From positions 94,509 through 146,648 of the IMG/VR virus record IMGVR_UViG_3300023181_000001: DNA of 52,140 bases, one strand, 5' to 3'. Under the pieces are notes generated by a model. The model saw only the letters and a program-made list of their open reading frames with translations, was not told the DNA's origin and made no database searches. Below, one piece after another: positions 1 to 8,030 of this stretch; position 1 is the stretch's first letter; the number at the start of each line of letters is the position of its first letter. Position numbers and translations under genes: made by a program. The stretch comes from a virus (lineage: Duplodnaviria > Heunggongvirae > Uroviricota > Caudoviricetes).

Positions 1-140
1 TAAGACCAGCCATTTTTGGATTTTACTTCTTTGCCGTCTTTTAAGTACTTGTTCTCATACTTCAAGTAGAAATCGTTTGTTGTAATTTCTATCGAGTAAT
101 TTTCGTCTAATTGTAGTGTTTTGTCTTTCATATAGTGTTT

Positions 141-371
141 CTAATCTGTTAATTCTAAATAAATTTTCCAATCTTTTTTATTCCAATTTTGAATTACTTT
201 ATCCGAAAGATATGTATCCAAACTTCTTAATTTTTCTGTTACTTCTTTCAAAGGTTTTAAGGGCTCTATTGGCTTTGAGATTCTTTGATAATATTCTTTG
301 GCTAGTTCTCTACTTCTTTCTCTGTTCTTAGCGTGCCAATTACGACAATATTCTTTATTATTTTGTCGCAT
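141..371 (-). CDS. small basic hypothetical protein
   Basis: ORF in the co-oriented, overlapping minus-strand gene run. Confidence 0.55.
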   Translation of the reverse strand: MRQNNKEYCRNWHAKNRERSRELAKEYYQRISKPIEPLKPLKEVTEKLRSLDTYLSDKVIQNWNKKDWKIYLELTD

Positions 372-714
372 TTTTGTAAATTTCTTCTCTTTCTTTCCAG
401 CTTGAATTATGAAATTTGTCTATTATTTCATCAAGCATCACTCCGTCTTTGTAATCTAAATTTTCTTCAGTTGAACCTAGCCACCTAACTTCATACCCAC
501 TTTCTTCTAAAGAACTAATCATATCTTCATCGTCTATTGAGTCTTGTGGAAAATCAAAGCCTCTCTCTATAAGCTCTTGATATAATTCTTCATTATCAAA
601 ATCACTTAAATTTATATCAACCTCTATTGTTTTTCTACTTCCCATATTTTTATTCTTTTTGTGCGATTTTCTTTCTCGCGGAATTTTTCTATTTTTAAAA
701 CGCTGTCTCTGCAA
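358..714 (-). CDS. hypothetical phage protein with acidic helical repeats; true start probably MGSRK at about 646
   Basis: Two similar segments, LSDFDNEELYQELIERGF and SIDDEDMISSLEESGY; track start is TTG. Confidence 0.6.
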   Translation of the reverse strand: MQRQRFKNRKIPRERKSHKKNKNMGSRKTIEVDINLSDFDNEELYQELIERGFDFPQDSIDDEDMISSLEESGYEVRWLGSTEENLDYKDGVMLDEIIDKFHNSSWKEREEIYKNATK

Positions 715-744
715 TATAGAAAATACTTTTGTTTAAAATCTTTT

Positions 745-1656
745 TTATACATTGTCAAAAGGTATTGGTGCCATCATTCCTCTTCTCATCATTTCTCTGC
801 TAGTTTTTTGATAGCCTCGAATATTTTTTTGTAGATATTCGTTGGATTCTATTAAATCATCCATAAGCTCTTCTGCATCGGATTGAGATATTAGGTTAAA
901 TCCTATCCAACCTCCAAGCAAAGTGTTTATTGAGAGAAGTTGGGTGTGTCCGTCAGAATCAATCCTATTTATAAGAAAAGTAATCTTATCTTTCACCTTG
1001 TTAGTACTCTCTTCTGTTATATTTTCATTAGGTTCAAAATCACTTTCATAAGTCTTAAAACAATTAATTTTATTCCCTCTGATTGACCACTCTTCCGCAT
1101 CTTCTCTTATTAAAATATCTCTATCGTAGGAAAGAAAAAGGGGTAAGCAAGCATTGTAGTTTGCGGAATCAAACCCTTCGTATTTTGATAGATAATAAGC
1201 CAAGCCACAATAATATTCTTTATAGTTTTCTATACTTTTGGGTGTTTTTGAACGAATTAATAATTTTAACCCTCTTCCTGACGGACTTATCCAAGCCGCT
1301 ATAACACATTTCAAATTATTAAAGAGTCTTTCTTTTAATTCCGTAGCGTGGTCAATCTTGTCAAACTCGCATAAAATGATAGGATTAAATGCCAAAATAT
1401 TTGAATACCCTCTGCCTAATCCATCTAAGATTACTGAAGGTACGAACGAATATAAATTATTTTGCTTTAGACTGTCTTTAAGCTTTAAATCATTCTTTTT
1501 CGCGGCATCTTTAATCTGCTCAATTATAGAGACAGTGGATTCTTTTGGATTCTTATGTACGTCTAAAAATTGTCTTAGGGTTAATTCTCCAAGAGGCTGG
1601 GCTTCGTAAATTTTTGCTGGAAAAAATTGGAACTTAATACTATCTAAATAACTCAT
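745..1656 (-). CDS. VirE N-terminal / BT4734-like primase-related protein
   Basis: Motifs YSFVPSV, ILCEFDKID and WISPSGRGLKLLI typical of BT4734/VirE_N domains; helical C-terminus with LLGGWIG. Confidence 0.7.
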   Translation of the reverse strand: MSYLDSIKFQFFPAKIYEAQPLGELTLRQFLDVHKNPKESTVSIIEQIKDAAKKNDLKLKDSLKQNNLYSFVPSVILDGLGRGYSNILAFNPIILCEFDKIDHATELKERLFNNLKCVIAAWISPSGRGLKLLIRSKTPKSIENYKEYYCGLAYYLSKYEGFDSANYNACLPLFLSYDRDILIREDAEEWSIRGNKINCFKTYESDFEPNENITEESTNKVKDKITFLINRIDSDGHTQLLSINTLLGGWIGFNLISQSDAEELMDDLIESNEYLQKNIRGYQKTSREMMRRGMMAPIPFDNV

Positions 1657-1853
1657 AGGCTTTTTAAAAGTTCTTCTTTTGTTTTAAATATTGTATTCTC
1701 GTCAGACCAATTATGATGGTATACTCCTCCTATCTCACCCAATTCTATATAATATCTTAAATCTTCTCCGAAATACTGTACACCTAAAACTTGTGAAGTC
1801 GTTACTTTATTATTACATAAAAAATATACAGTTTCTTTTAATTGAAATTTCAT
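1653..1853 (-). CDS. hypothetical protein (SH3-like beta fold possible)
   Basis: ATGA-type overlaps with neighbours; MKFQLKETVYFL...FKTKEELLKSL pattern common in phage small proteins. Confidence 0.65.
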   Translation of the reverse strand: MKFQLKETVYFLCNNKVTTSQVLGVQYFGEDLRYYIELGEIGGVYHHNWSDENTIFKTKEELLKSL

Positions 1854-2056
1854 TTCCCCAATCTTTTTAACTCGTTAATAACTCTAATGTTGGCTTGCTT
1901 CTCACATTCTGTCTCGCACTTTTCTTGTAGATCTTCAAGTTCTGAAATTCTTAGATTCAAGAAATAATCAAAACTTTCCTCTACTTGATATAATGCCAGC
2001 ATCAAGTGTTCATTGCTCCACTCTTTGAATGTTTTGTATTTTTTATATTCTTGCAT
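1850..2056 (-). CDS. hypothetical protein
   Basis: Co-oriented ORF with 4-nt overlap. Confidence 0.6.
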   Translation of the reverse strand: MQEYKKYKTFKEWSNEHLMLALYQVEESFDYFLNLRISELEDLQEKCETECEKQANIRVINELKRLGK

Positions 2057-2072
2057 TATTTTAAGTTTTAAT

Positions 2073-2324
2073 TTATTTCGCGCGAAAAACAGATAAATCC
2101 ACTTCTTTGAATCTTATTGGATTTTCTTGTTCAAGTATAAAAGAATAATAATCTATGTTGGACTGTATCATTACTTTCATTCTCTTTTCTAGTTCTTGTA
2201 AACTTTTAGCCTCGCAAACTAGTTTTAGATTAGTTGCTCTACCAATATAAGTGCCTCCCTCTTTTACATAGTCTACATTTTCGAAATGATCTACGTTTTT
2301 ATTAATCCCTTCCATATTATTCAA
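2073..2324 (-). CDS. small protein, possible HicB-like fold
   Basis: KEGGTYIGRATNLKLVCEAKSLQELEKRMKVMI resembles the HicB N-terminal beta-beta-beta-alpha pattern; the ORF is well supported, the fold call is weak. Confidence 0.4.
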   Translation of the reverse strand: MNNMEGINKNVDHFENVDYVKEGGTYIGRATNLKLVCEAKSLQELEKRMKVMIQSNIDYYSFILEQENPIRFKEVDLSVFRAK

Positions 2325-2787
2325 ACCATTTTTCCACTTCTTCGGTAGAGTTAATTTTTTCCATCATTTCTGTAAAGGTACTGAAAAGTTTTCTTTCTTC
2401 AACTGTTCCAAAAACATTTCTTCTAAGTTGACAAGTATAATCCTTAGTATTATACCCAAAAGAAATTTGACAATTCTCTACAAATCTTTGACTTACCCCA
2501 ACATCAACTGTTATATCTTCATACCCATAAAGCTGTTTAAGTAGTTCTTCATTCTCTAAAGGCACTTCTAAATCCACCCAAGCATAGTAAAATTCTAATT
2601 CTGTATTTTCTACTTTTGTTGCCCCGAAAACACTAATTCCAAAATCTTCTAGAATATAAGTCAATGCTTCCAAAGATGCTAAGTTTGCACCTAGTCCTTT
2701 TTTCTTTTTATTCTTTAATAGTGATAAATCTGTAAGATTATTATTTCTAAAAATTCCTTGGTATTGATAATCTGAATATTTTTTCAT
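2317..2787 (-). CDS. hypothetical protein
   Basis: 156-aa ORF tightly packed in the operon. Confidence 0.7.
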   Translation of the reverse strand: MKKYSDYQYQGIFRNNNLTDLSLLKNKKKKGLGANLASLEALTYILEDFGISVFGATKVENTELEFYYAWVDLEVPLENEELLKQLYGYEDITVDVGVSQRFVENCQISFGYNTKDYTCQLRRNVFGTVEERKLFSTFTEMMEKINSTEEVEKWFE

Positions 2788-2788
2788 T

Positions 2789-2986
2789 TTAAATAAACTG
2801 TTTTAAGCGGTTAATTAAATATACATTCTCAGGGTTTGTTGTTTTTAAAAGGTTAACGGTTTCTCTTAATACTTTATTTAGGGCTACTGAAGCGTTCTCT
2901 AGAGGTTTTAAGTCTCCTGTCTGGTCAAAATACTCAAAGCACTCAGGGAGGCTTAGCGAGTCAAATACTAAGTTTTCTTTTTTCAT
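2789..2986 (-). CDS. hypothetical protein
   Basis: Abuts both neighbours. Confidence 0.6.
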   Translation of the reverse strand: MKKENLVFDSLSLPECFEYFDQTGDLKPLENASVALNKVLRETVNLLKTTNPENVYLINRLKQFI

Positions 2987-3253
2987 TTACATTTCTGTTT
3001 TATAAGCGTTATGACCTTTATATTCTGGAAAAGACTTGTAGTATTTTATTAGCCTATAAGTTTTTCCACAAACAAGTGTAGTTTTAAATTCTCCCCAATT
3101 CATAGGCTCTATTAAATAACTACCTGTAAAAATTTCAATATTTTCTGTGTTGCAAGCTCTTATCTTAATTCTATCCTTTGCTTTTTCTATAAAATCCTCA
3201 GGAAAATAATCTGAAGTAATATATTCGAACTCTTCTTTTGAAAACTCTAGCAT
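2987..3253 (-). CDS. hypothetical protein
   Basis: Abuts both neighbours. Confidence 0.6.
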   Translation of the reverse strand: MLEFSKEEFEYITSDYFPEDFIEKAKDRIKIRACNTENIEIFTGSYLIEPMNWGEFKTTLVCGKTYRLIKYYKSFPEYKGHNAYKTEM

Positions 3254-3609
3254 AATATCAGTCTTTTAGCGTTATAAACAAAATTATCATAAGCTGAATA
3301 AACATAGCCGTCTTCTACATCCCTTTCAATTGGTTTTGTGAGAAGTTCAGGATTTTCTTGTGCAAATTTTCTCAAATCTTTTAGTCTTAAGCTGTCCTCT
3401 GTTTGTCCGCCGAAAGTATAATCAATCATAGAACAACCTTCTTTATAAATTCCTCCGATTTGATTAAAATTATCTGTGTTAACCCTTTCCACAGTGTGAT
3501 TTTCTGTGTAACAGCTGTCTAGAACTAGAACATCGTCTGATAAACCTTCCGTTTCTTCTATAAGCTCACCTAGAGTGAAATCTTCTTTTGTAAATAATAT
3601 TGGTTTCAT
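3247..3609 (-). CDS. hypothetical protein
   Basis: 120-aa ORF overlapping its neighbours. Confidence 0.65.
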   Translation of the reverse strand: MKPILFTKEDFTLGELIEETEGLSDDVLVLDSCYTENHTVERVNTDNFNQIGGIYKEGCSMIDYTFGGQTEDSLRLKDLRKFAQENPELLTKPIERDVEDGYVYSAYDNFVYNAKRLILC

Positions 3610-3833
3610 TTGTGAAATTTATGTGTTTGGTAATCAATCCAAGTATTCCAACTTTCCCATTCTTTATGATAAACTTTCCTAACAGCATTTGCATACGCCT
3701 TCTTTTGTTCATCTAATGTTCCTATTGTCTTATTAAATAAGAATGGGGCAGGAGCTAAAACTATCCAGTAAAATTCTTGAAGTAGCCCCTTTTCTTCAAA
3801 TTTATCTCTTAAGTGTTTGTAAGTTATTTCCAT
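3606..3833 (-). CDS. hypothetical protein, probably leaderless transcript
   Basis: ATG lies 4 nt downstream of a TATCTTTG element. Confidence 0.65.
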   Translation of the reverse strand: MEITYKHLRDKFEEKGLLQEFYWIVLAPAPFLFNKTIGTLDEQKKAYANAVRKVYHKEWESWNTWIDYQTHKFHK

Positions 3834-3837
3834 AATT

Positions 3838-3854
3838 CAAAGATAGTCAAAAAT
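3838..3854 (-). promoter_or_regulatory. Bacteroidota sigma70-type promoter (-7 element TATCTTTG), copy 1 of a 17-bp repeat
   Basis: Minus strand reads ATTTTTGACTATCTTTG; identical copy at 13317-13333; matches TAnnTTTG. Confidence 0.75.
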
Positions 3855-3887
3855 CGCCGAATAAAAGTTAAGGAAATAATAAAGTTT

Positions 3888-4250
3888 TCAATTGACTGAA
3901 TTTAGTTTTTTCAAGGCGTCCTCCAATCCTACTTCTAAAGCTGTTTCGTAAGACTTAGAGACCGATGGTATTTGCTCTTCGCACGAAATAAAAATTAAAA
4001 CAGGTGTCCAGTAATCATATTCTCTAATTACGTTAACCTGTATATCCCATTCATTTCTAAGCCAAGTTTGTAGCTGAGATTGTGTTGCAACATCTTCTTT
4101 ATCCTGATAGGCTGTAGGGTTATAATCTTTTTTACTATAACTTAAACCATCTCTCCAAAAAGCATCGGACTCGCAAGTGAACCCTTTTTCTCTGGCCATT
4201 TCTGCTGTTTTATGTAGTATGTTCTTTTCTTTCATGTTTTGTTTATCCAA
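3888..4250 (-). CDS. hypothetical protein, paralog of 15027..15416
   Basis: Shared blocks TAEMAREKGF / LQTWLRNEWDI / YETALEVGLEDALK. Confidence 0.75.
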   Translation of the reverse strand: MDKQNMKEKNILHKTAEMAREKGFTCESDAFWRDGLSYSKKDYNPTAYQDKEDVATQSQLQTWLRNEWDIQVNVIREYDYWTPVLIFISCEEQIPSVSKSYETALEVGLEDALKKLNSVN

Positions 4251-4561
4251 ATGTGAGGTAAAGTTTTCATAGGTTTACAAATATCCATACCATTGCCCTC
4301 TAAATAAAGGCTGGCATTTGATTTTGCTGTTTTTGTTGAGTAGGATTCTCTTATCGTTTCTCTAAGTTCTTCAAATGTTTCTTTTTTGGCGGATTTTAAA
4401 TCTTTTATATCACGCCAATTATAAGCTAATATATAATCTTTAAAGTCTTTACCAAAAACATTTTCAAATTTATATACCCACTTTCCATCTAAAAATAATT
4501 CTGTATTATCTTTGGTTAGATAATAAAATTCTATAAAGTGCGGTGTTATTATTGCTGTCAT
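4232..4561 (-). CDS. hypothetical protein
   Basis: Co-oriented, overlapping ORF. Confidence 0.6.
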   Translation of the reverse strand: MTAIITPHFIEFYYLTKDNTELFLDGKWVYKFENVFGKDFKDYILAYNWRDIKDLKSAKKETFEELRETIRESYSTKTAKSNASLYLEGNGMDICKPMKTLPHIWINKT

Positions 4562-4848
4562 AAATTAAATATTTTTAAAATATTCTCTAGCTTACCTACT
4601 GTTAATTGCTTATCATAGTCCCAATTATGAAGATTAATCAAATCTGTTACCTCTTTTGGATTTTCTTTTGAACGCTCACATAAGTAAAGCATGCAGTTAC
4701 AATTATCCAGATCCGATAAACTTAGATACCTATTTCTACCTACATCTAGAGTGAGGTTGTTACCTATTGTAAAATGAGGTACTTCTTGAAATCCGAAGTT
4801 TTTAGCTATATCTCTTGTTACTCTCATTTGAATATTAATTTTATCCAA
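4558..4848 (-). CDS. hypothetical protein
   Basis: Co-oriented, overlapping ORF. Confidence 0.65.
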   Translation of the reverse strand: MDKINIQMRVTRDIAKNFGFQEVPHFTIGNNLTLDVGRNRYLSLSDLDNCNCMLYLCERSKENPKEVTDLINLHNWDYDKQLTVGKLENILKIFNL

Positions 4849-5141
4849 TTAGGGATTTTAGTTAAATCAGTTTTTAAATTCTCTATTTCCAGTTGTCTTT
4901 CTTCTAGGGAACTTATCTGAAATCTTATATCTTCCTTAAAGTTTTCTAAATAAATTTTTAAACTCTCTGGAACTTCATCATCAATCAGCATTTCAAAATC
5001 TTTAATGCCGTAATGTCTTCTGTCTAGAGTGATGTGGAATTTTATAAACCTAGTCTTATCTTTCTTATATTTTAACCACGAGTCTGAATTCTCTTTCAAG
5101 TAATTAAAATCATCTTCTTGTAATATAATTTCTTTTTTCAT
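4824..5141 (-). CDS. hypothetical protein with coiled-coil C-terminus
   Basis: Co-oriented ORF; ISSLEERQLEIENLKTDL heptads. Confidence 0.6.
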   Translation of the reverse strand: MKKEIILQEDDFNYLKENSDSWLKYKKDKTRFIKFHITLDRRHYGIKDFEMLIDDEVPESLKIYLENFKEDIRFQISSLEERQLEIENLKTDLTKIPNWIKLIFK

Positions 5142-5171
5142 TCTTTAAGTTTTTTGGCGCGGAAAAAAGAA

Positions 5172-5327
5172 TTAAAACGAACGGTTCTTTCTCCACAAAA
5201 TCATATAATCCCTACTTAACCCTTTACGGTAGTGCATAATCAAAATTTCACTCTCCTCAATCCATTCAATGTCAGGCTTAAAATATTTATAAGCAATGAA
5301 CAGAAGTATTAATATTATTAGTGTCAT
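5172..5327 (-). CDS. small membrane-anchored protein (not in the ORF track)
   Basis: Manual translation MTLIILILLFIAYKYFKPDIEW...KNRSF*; fills the gap. Confidence 0.55.
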   Translation of the reverse strand: MTLIILILLFIAYKYFKPDIEWIEESEILIMHYRKGLSRDYMILWRKNRSF

Positions 5328-5553
5328 AAGTTACTTGATTGATTAAAAATTGTTTATACTCCTTATTTGTATATCCTAATAAATACCAAAGTTTCTGACT
5401 CAAGTCAAGAGAAGGAAATTGATTTAGTATTTTCTTATGTTTTTTCTTGAACTTTCTAGGAATTCTTTTACAGTTGTAATATGGACTTATTTTTTTTGGT
5501 GGTGTGAATTTCATTATTCTAATGCTATATCTACTATTTGTTCTAAATCCCAA
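5287..5553 (-). CDS. basic hypothetical protein; start probably later (MKFTPP)
   Basis: RIPRKFKKK-type basic motif; annotated start overlaps the upstream gene by 40 nt. Confidence 0.55.
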   Translation of the reverse strand: MGFRTNSRYSIRIMKFTPPKKISPYYNCKRIPRKFKKKHKKILNQFPSLDLSQKLWYLLGYTNKEYKQFLINQVTYDTNNINTSVHCL

Positions 5554-5780
5554 TGATAGAGTTTATAGAAGCCTACTGGATTTTCAGGGTACACTTGTAA
5601 CTCTATGATAGTGTTTAACTCAATCATTTTATCATAGACTTCTATATCTGTGTCTTCTAGTGAATTTTGATGCCAATCGGAACTCAAATATTCCTCTACT
5701 GTTTCATAACCTCCTTTATGATTATTAACTTCTAGAGATACCATGTGAGATTTGCTTACTAATTCTTGTAATTTATTCAT
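5514..5780 (-). CDS. hypothetical phage protein
   Basis: VSLEVNNHK...ELQVYPENPVGFY, a pattern I recall from other phage small proteins. Confidence 0.65.
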   Translation of the reverse strand: MNKLQELVSKSHMVSLEVNNHKGGYETVEEYLSSDWHQNSLEDTDIEVYDKMIELNTIIELQVYPENPVGFYKLYHWDLEQIVDIALE

Positions 5781-6069
5781 AAGTTTCTAATAGCCATTGG
5801 TTAAATTTTTTAGTGTTCTCCTCTTGTGTTAAAAGTGGGCTTACAATTAAGCTACCCACAACTACTTTAATTTTTAACATATCTTCTTCTTTCATATTAG
5901 TAATATGGTAAATTTACTTGTTCTCCTGTCTCAATATTTTCTGCTAAAGGGTAAGTTCCCCATTCATAACCTAAGAATTTATAAACTATATCATCATATT
6001 CAATATAGTCCCCCTCTTTGATATCACTATCTATTCCAAATTGTTTTACTTTTATTTTAACTTCTTTCA

Positions 6070-6300
6070 TTATTTCGACCAGTTTGAGTTATCTTTAAGC
6101 ATTCTTAAAATCGCGGGAAAAAGATGAATCAAATCATTAGCCGTTAAACCGTTCTTCTCAGCCACGATAGCTAGAGAATTAGCCAAAACTGCTTGGTCTT
6201 CTGTTTCCTCTGAAAATAACCAACTTTCAACCATTGGATGAGCTGGTTTTACTTCCCTTACTCCTTTTCTATAATTGTAATTTAATACTTGATTCTCCAT
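6070..6300 (-). CDS. hypothetical protein
   Basis: Co-oriented ORF 2 nt from its neighbour. Confidence 0.6.
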   Translation of the reverse strand: MENQVLNYNYRKGVREVKPAHPMVESWLFSEETEDQAVLANSLAIVAEKNGLTANDLIHLFPAILRMLKDNSNWSK

Positions 6301-6302
6301 TT

Positions 6303-6605
6303 TTATTTTACTGTTTCTAATTTTTCAACTTCCGTTTCCACTTCTCTCTCACTCTCTTTTAATGCCCTGAACCTCCAAGAAGCGAAAGCAGGCTCTATAA
6401 TTTTGTTCACCACTTTAAAATACTTTAAATCGTTTCTGACTTCCTCTAAAAGAATGCCTAAAACAAAATCGAAATCGTGCAAGGCTCTGATCGTGTATTT
6501 CTTATCTTTTTTGATCCAATTTGGCATGTCTTTTTCAATTTCGTCTTTTGTGTGCGTTTGCATAGAGGAATCTATACATACGATTGTTTGTCCTATTTCG
6601 AACAT
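6303..6605 (-). CDS. hypothetical phage protein (SH3-like)
   Basis: FEIGQTIVCID...KYTIR...GILLEEV...FASWRFR pattern. Confidence 0.65.
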   Translation of the reverse strand: MFEIGQTIVCIDSSMQTHTKDEIEKDMPNWIKKDKKYTIRALHDFDFVLGILLEEVRNDLKYFKVVNKIIEPAFASWRFRALKESEREVETEVEKLETVK

Positions 6606-6607
6606 AA

Positions 6608-6880
6608 CTAATAACTTTGAATTATTTCCGCATTGTTTAATCTTCTATCTTTATCGGCTATCGCTCTAAGTTGGAAGTACCCTCCCGTATCATCTGTTAA
6701 ATGATGACCAATATAAAACAACTTACCTGACCACTCCTTAAGCCTAATCCATTTATACATATAATAATGCTTTTTTCCTCGACCTTGTTCATTCGTTCCT
6801 GTAAAATGATAAATCTTTAACAAAGCAAATTCTTTTATTTCTCTTCCCCTTTTATCAAAATATGGTTTTTCTTTCTCCAT
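6608..6880 (-). CDS. hypothetical phage protein
   Basis: YFDKRGREIKE...IYHF...KKHYYMYKW pattern; tight packing. Confidence 0.65.
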   Translation of the reverse strand: MEKEKPYFDKRGREIKEFALLKIYHFTGTNEQGRGKKHYYMYKWIRLKEWSGKLFYIGHHLTDDTGGYFQLRAIADKDRRLNNAEIIQSY

Positions 6881-6947
6881 TTTATTTAATTTTCGCCGAA
6901 AAAGATTTAAAATACGAAGTTTCTAAGTTCTTTCAGCATTTCTCCCA

Positions 6948-6955
6948 CAAATATA
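6948..6955 (-). promoter_or_regulatory. putative -7 promoter element TATATTTG
   Basis: TAnnTTTG match in the 100-nt gap after the GIY-YIG gene. Confidence 0.55.
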
Positions 6956-6983
6956 ATGATTAGTTTTCTTTGTTGTTTTTAAT

Positions 6984-7877
6984 TTAAGTATTTTTTAACT
7001 TTTCTATGATTTCTTCTATCTTATCCTGCTCTTTTAAAAAGAACAGTCCTTTATAAGGTACTTTATTATTTACTGCTTTTATTATACAAACGGCCAGAAG
7101 TTTGTTTAAGGCTACCCCCATTCTTTCTTTTTTAAACCTCGAAGTTATTGGAAAATTATTTTCTTGAGTCTGTGACCAATCTTCAATATCTGGGGCACTT
7201 CTAAACTCTCTTAAAAAGTTACCTTCTAAATCATACACAAATATATTAGGGCATTTTTCTCTCGCCCTTTCAGAATTATCTTTTCTTGCTTGCAAAGATT
7301 TTTCAGTTACTGTTTTTGGTACGCCTTTTAAATAACTATAATCTACTTCGGTAAAATTCTTACCTTTATTCCAAGGAATAGTCCTTAATCTATAGTTTAC
7401 AATTTTTATATATTTTTCAGGTACTTCTTCTATACTGATTTCACCATTCTTAACTTTAAAATAATATTCTATACCCTTATTAGTTGTTTTAGTGAAAGTC
7501 GCCGTTCTTTTCTCAATTGTTTCTTTAGACATATTGGGTGTGCCAGATGCTAAAGGATTTATATTGTAACAATCCTCACATTTATCTAAATAAACTTGTT
7601 CTACTTCAAGAGTGCAACATTTGTCAACAACTTCTAGAATATTAAACTCAAAGTTATCTTCTCCATACTTGTTCCACGCTCTTTGTAAGTGTGCATTTTT
7701 ATGTGTGTTACTTTTTAATAAGCACCTATGATGCTCAATCCTTTTTGTAAAAGACATAGTAGTAGAACCTATATATTTTTTACCATCAACTTTGTTTCTA
7801 ATTTCGTAAACTCCTGAGTCTTTAAATTCCTCTGTGTAAATGTTTTGCATAATATTTTTAAATGCGAAAACCCACAT
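6984..7877 (-). CDS. free-standing GIY-YIG homing endonuclease (I-TevI/Seg-like; NUMOD1-like C-terminus); start may be MQNIY at 7850
   Basis: GVYEIRNKVDGKKYIGS, KRIEHH, HLQRAWNKYGEDNFEF, EQVYLD and YNIN catalytic-domain motifs; IFVYDLEGNFLREFRS. Confidence 0.9.
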   Translation of the reverse strand: MWVFAFKNIMQNIYTEEFKDSGVYEIRNKVDGKKYIGSTTMSFTKRIEHHRCLLKSNTHKNAHLQRAWNKYGEDNFEFNILEVVDKCCTLEVEQVYLDKCEDCYNINPLASGTPNMSKETIEKRTATFTKTTNKGIEYYFKVKNGEISIEEVPEKYIKIVNYRLRTIPWNKGKNFTEVDYSYLKGVPKTVTEKSLQARKDNSERAREKCPNIFVYDLEGNFLREFRSAPDIEDWSQTQENNFPITSRFKKERMGVALNKLLAVCIIKAVNNKVPYKGLFFLKEQDKIEEIIEKLKNT

Positions 7878-7979
7878 CTAATCCTTAACAAGCATCCGAC
7901 CTCTTGTTAATTCATTAAATATGGGTTTAAGTATATTTTTAGTTTTTGTTAATTATGGTCGGAATAATTATTTAACAAA
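7868..7979 (-). ncRNA. unassigned structured RNA: two hairpins with complementary 7-nt loops
   Basis: Hairpin A 7868-7928 (15 bp with two G-U pairs, plus 8 bp; loop AGGUCGGAUG) and hairpin B 7945-7979 (loop UCCGACC). Confidence 0.55.
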
Positions 7980-8011
7980 CTTACAAAAAGTATTTTATAA
8001 AAGCAAATATA
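7976..8011 (-). promoter_or_regulatory. tandem putative -7 elements TAAGTTTG (7976-7983) and TATATTTG (8004-8011)
   Basis: TAnnTTTG matches between polA and the GIY-YIG gene. Confidence 0.55.
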
Positions 8012-8030
8012 TTAAGTAAAAATTAACTTG

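Noticed and set aside
7868-7979. HDV-like/theta or hammerhead ribozyme identity for the structured RNA
   Set aside because: Helix order does not fit the nested double pseudoknot, and no CUGAUGA/GAAA core is present
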